NCBI GenBank assembly: GCA_005191425.1
Contig: SUPR01000035.1
Location: 984 to 32,983 of the forward strand
Direction: 5' to 3'
Length of the DNA: 32,000 bases
Source: Candidatus Helarchaeota ASGARD archaeon Hel_GB_B
GTDB taxonomy: Archaea; Asgardarchaeota; Lokiarchaeia; Helarchaeales; HEL-GB-B
In this document: piece by piece, positions 28,610-32,000 of the stretch
Layout of the letters: each line of letters opens with the position of its first letter
Position numbering within the stretch: position 1 is the stretch's first letter
Notes under the pieces: generated by a model
What the model was told of the DNA's origin: nothing
The model's database searches: none
Seen by the model: the letters and a program-made list of their open reading frames with translations, nothing else
Translations under genes and position numbers: made by a program

Positions 28610-29089
28610 TTACCTCTGAATAAAAATTCCTGATCTTGGATATATCTTCAATTTCCCTGATTCAACTGCTCTAGTAATATAATCATGGCTTTCATCCACC
28701 AATTCCTCTCCAAAAATTATGTAATAACCAAGATATACGCCCAAATTAAATGGAAATAAATTTTCACACCCGAATTTAAAATCGTCCTCTGAAATTACAT
28801 ATGGGTCTATTTTTACAGAATATTTCCTCGATAATTCTCTACAAATAGTAAAAATAATTTCATTTAAATTTCTGTCCTCATAATTCAATATTATTAATAA
28901 GTCTAAATCACTGTCTGGATAATTTTCACCACGAATTCTAGAACCATATAATACAAGCGCTTTTAAATTCTCTCTTAATTTTAATTTTATTTCGGCATAA
29001 ATGTCCTTACTAATTTTTCTCAAAAATGGATCTAAAAGGTGTCTTTTAAATGTCCTATTATTCCTAATTTTTTTCATAATTAGTACCAA
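28610..29089 (-). CDS. Minimal nucleotidyltransferase (MNT), partner of HEPN
   Basis: 'VLYGSRIRGENYPDSDLDLLII' (GS-x10-DxD). Directly upstream of HEPN with a 5-nt gap. An alternative start is ATG 29077. Confidence 0.9.
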   Translation of the reverse strand: MVLIMKKIRNNRTFKRHLLDPFLRKISKDIYAEIKLKLRENLKALVLYGSRIRGENYPDSDLDLLIILNYEDRNLNEIIFTICRELSRKYSVKIDPYVISEDDFKFGCENLFPFNLGVYLGYYIIFGEELVDESHDYITRAVESGKLKIYPRSGIFIQR

Positions 29090-29566
29090 TTATTATCTAA
29101 TTCCTAATTCTCGTCATAACATAATTATTAAAAAAGGTTTTGTCTTTTTACTTTTAAAAAAATGCTATTGTTGTCGAAAAATTCATTAATTCCTTAGTGT
29201 CCCGGATTGATTAAAGATATAGGGATAATGAGTCCATCATTATTTTCTCTTTTAAATAATAATCGAATTAAAGAAGAAAAAAAGAAAAAAGAATTATGTG
29301 TAAAGGATCAAATAATTGTAAAAAATAAATTAAAAGGTGTTAATTTATTCTTTTAGATTTTATAATAAACAAATTATTTTTTTGTAAGAAGTTGGAGAAT
29401 TAGAAGTTTTGTAGTTAATTTTATTACATAAATTGATTTTCTTGTCCAATTTTTAATTATAGATGAATCTGGCAAATTTAGTGGATAAATTATTTAAATC
29501 TAATTACATTTTTTTTTAAACCAAAATTTAGTAATTAAACAAATCGATTAAAAATAAGGCGGTTCT

Positions 29567-30980
29567 ATGAAAACTGGAACAAAAAGTTTTGTTTATTTAC
29601 TAATATTAGTGGCTATATTAATCATACCCATGGTTTTTGTGATTTTTGGGAATACTGCGATCTTTATATCACCATATTCCAGCAATGATATAGACATCAG
29701 GATATCAGCTAATACCTATCAATATACAAAAATTTGGAATAAAAAATGGGATCCGGGTTCTTTGGAAGATAGAAGTGCTGATATAGCAATAGACTCAAAT
29801 GGCAATATCTATATTTGCGGGTTCATAAATAGCTTTGGAAATGGAAGTAAAGATGTCGCGTTAGTAAAGTACGATCCAAGTGGTAATATTCAATGGTATA
29901 AGACATGAGGCGGTTCTAATGATGATGCGGCTAGAGGTATTGCTATTGATTCAAATGATAATATTTATGTCTGTGGATATACTGAAAGCTTTGGAGTTGG
30001 ATATTCGGACTTCTTTACATTGAAATATGGTTCTAGCGGTACATTAATTTGGGTAAAAACTTGGGGCGGACCAAGTTATGATTCTGCATCTGGAATTTGC
30101 ATAGATTCGGCTAAAAATGTCTATGTTTATGGTTCTACTTCTAGCTATGGATCTGGTGGATACGATATTGTTATAGTAAAATATGACCTGAATGGAAATA
30201 AATTGTGGAATACTACTTGGGGTTTAATAGGGAATGATTATGGTATGGACATAAAAATGGGAAAAAATGGATTTTTATATGGGTCTGGTTATACGGACAA
30301 TGGAGGTAATCCTGATTTTGACTTAGTTGTTATTAAGTATAGCCCTAGTACAGGCATACCCATTCCACCTATTCAAATGTGGGGCGGTAGAAATAATGAT
30401 AAACCGAGTAGAATCGCAATGGACAGTAATAATAATATATATATGTGGCGAAACTGACAGCTATAGTAATGGTAATAGCGATATTTTTTTAATAAAATAT
30501 AACGCATCATTGACAAAAATTTGGAACACTTCTTGGGGCGGTACATCACAAGATTATGGAAAAGGTATCGGAATTGATTCAAAAGGATATATTCATGTTT
30601 CAGGAGCGACTTTAAGCTATGGTGTTAAATTTGAAGATGTTGCACTTCTTATGTTTAATTCCAGCGGAAATTTAATTACAAATACTACTTGGGGCGATGC
30701 TAATCTAAATAATGGAGAGAAATTAGCTATAGACTCATCTGACAATATATATGTTTGCGGTTGGACTATCCAGTACGGTACTTCTGATGGTGATTATGAT
30801 TTAATTAAATTTAAAATATCTGTAATCACTATACCAATGACATCAGGAATTATTGTTCCTGGATTCGAGTTTATACCGATTATTCTCTGTGTCCTTCTAT
30901 CTTTAGCTTGGTATTTTCCAATAAAACTAATAAAAAATAAAAAATTTCTTAAAAATTTGATTATAAAAAAATTTGATTAA
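29567..30980 (+). pseudogene. Disrupted 7-bladed SBBP beta-propeller surface protein with PGF-type C-terminal sorting tail
   Basis: Signal peptide followed by seven 'WGG..D....IAIDS..NIYVCG.T.S.G....D..L.KY..G...W' repeats. In-frame TGA at 29906-29908 sits where Trp is expected; frameshift in (AT)5 at 30435-30444. C-terminus VPGFE + TM + Lys-rich tail. Confidence 0.88.
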
Positions 30981-31747
30981 TCCAATTCTCCCATTTTCAC
31001 TGGATCTCCGCAATTATGACAATAATAAGCTCCTTCTAGCAATTCAGCTCCACATTTATCACAAATCAATTCTTGGCCACACCTGCTACAAAATATCTGT
31101 CCTTCGGAAACTTTTTCATGGCATGCTGGGCAAATTTTCTCTTTTTTTAATTTTTTTTCTTTAATATTAAAAGTTTTTACTTTTTCACCACAATTAGAAC
31201 AAAATTTAGCTCCGGGGACTATTGGTGCACCACATTTATCACAAATTAACTCTAAACCACAGTTAGGACAAATTTTATCGGTTTTTAAAATTTTGTTCCC
31301 ACATTTTGGGCATTTTAGATCTTTAATTATTTCATCTTCCTTAGTTTTTATGTCTCTTTCTTTTGTTTCATAAATAAATGGTTCTAAATCGCTCCAAAAA
31401 TCCACGCTGGTTACCTTTACCCTTGCTCTATCGCAATTATTACATCGAAATATTATTTTTTTACGTCTTCCATAATAATACCAATAAGCTTGAGGTGGTG
31501 GTAAATAGTGGGAAAAACCAGTTAAACTATCTTTATTTATTGCCCCACATAAATCACACATAAAGAAGGACTCCCTAACATCTTCAATCCAATCTTGTTT
31601 ATTACTAAAACTTAAAGATACCTTTTTAGTAGATTTACAAATAGGACATCTCATCGCTAATATTAAACTATCTCTTTTAGGTATTGCTTTTATGATTGAC
31701 ATTTTTTGGGACCCTTTACATTTTGGGCATATAAGTTTCTTCGTCAT
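30977..31747 (-). CDS. Multi-zinc-ribbon protein (12 CxxC motifs; two double-zinc-ribbon units)
   Basis: CPKC, CPIC, CDLC, CNNC, CPKC, CPNC, CDKC, CSNC, CPAC, CSRC, CDKC, CHNC. Confidence 0.85.
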   Translation of the reverse strand: MTKKLICPKCKGSQKMSIIKAIPKRDSLILAMRCPICKSTKKVSLSFSNKQDWIEDVRESFFMCDLCGAINKDSLTGFSHYLPPPQAYWYYYGRRKKIIFRCNNCDRARVKVTSVDFWSDLEPFIYETKERDIKTKEDEIIKDLKCPKCGNKILKTDKICPNCGLELICDKCGAPIVPGAKFCSNCGEKVKTFNIKEKKLKKEKICPACHEKVSEGQIFCSRCGQELICDKCGAELLEGAYYCHNCGDPVKMGELD

Positions 31748-32000
31748 ATTCTTTGCCTCATAAATAATTTTATCATATATATTTATTAATTATTTAGTTA
31801 AATAGTTTTGTAAATAATAAATGGAGACGTATGAAAAATAATGACAAGTTATAAAATATTTTTTAGAACCTAATGGGGTAATTAACGTGGAATTTATTGG
31901 TATACTATAAAAATTTATCTTAATTAACTAAAGTTCGACACATCAAGTTATCTGAGAATTTATATATAAATCAGACTGGTATATATTAATTTTTTTGTTA

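Noticed and set aside
11726-29908. In-frame TGA codons at Trp-like positions (11726-11728, 29906-29908) suggesting UGA recoding (Trp or selenocysteine)
   Set aside because: TGA is a genuine stop for the ABC ATPase (ATGA overlap at 1755-1758) and the giant protein (7608-7610). Both affected genes also carry frameshifts, and TGG-to-TGA is a single common transition.
348-31563. Short antisense/overlapping ORFs in the track (e.g. 348-602, 1287-1487, 3917-4162, 8789-8998, 13559-13885, 16123-16350, 18047-18481, 22101-22286, 24341-24544, 25352-25594, 28445-28633, 30373-30582, 31378-31563)
   Set aside because: They lie opposite well-supported genes and show no recognisable motifs; they are shadow ORFs.
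1-32000. Search for tRNA/rRNA genes, CRISPR arrays, transposases or integrases
   Set aside because: No GC-rich structured RNA-like segments, no repeat-spacer periodicity and no DDE, Y1 or recombinase motifs were seen.

Overview
AT-rich (about 30% GC by eye, not computed) archaeal chromosomal window, most likely from an Asgard archaeon (Lokiarchaeia-like). The assignment is inferred from archaeal markers (CarS, RadB, MptE, archaeal-type TopA, a PGF-type sorting tail) together with eukaryote-like oligosaccharyltransferase (OST) components. It holds about 19 intact CDSs, 3 clearly disrupted membrane/surface genes and one faint remnant. I saw no rRNA, tRNA, CRISPR array or transposase. Highlights: (1) a 1640-aa STT3/AglB with eukaryote-type catalytic motifs, fused to eight tandem ~110-aa beta-sandwich repeats carrying about 54 N-glycosylation sequons; (2) a small 3-TM protein that aligns closely with eukaryotic OSTC/DC2, next to carS and ~8.5 kb from STT3; (3) a MacB-type ABC transporter translationally coupled to a 1951-aa surface protein with a helical stalk, a CBM-like module, an 8-bladed propeller, a TM segment and a cytoplasmic winged helix; (4) a galactokinase-family enzyme lacking two canonical galactose-binding residues. 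Family calls come from motif recognition by eye; no database searches were run.
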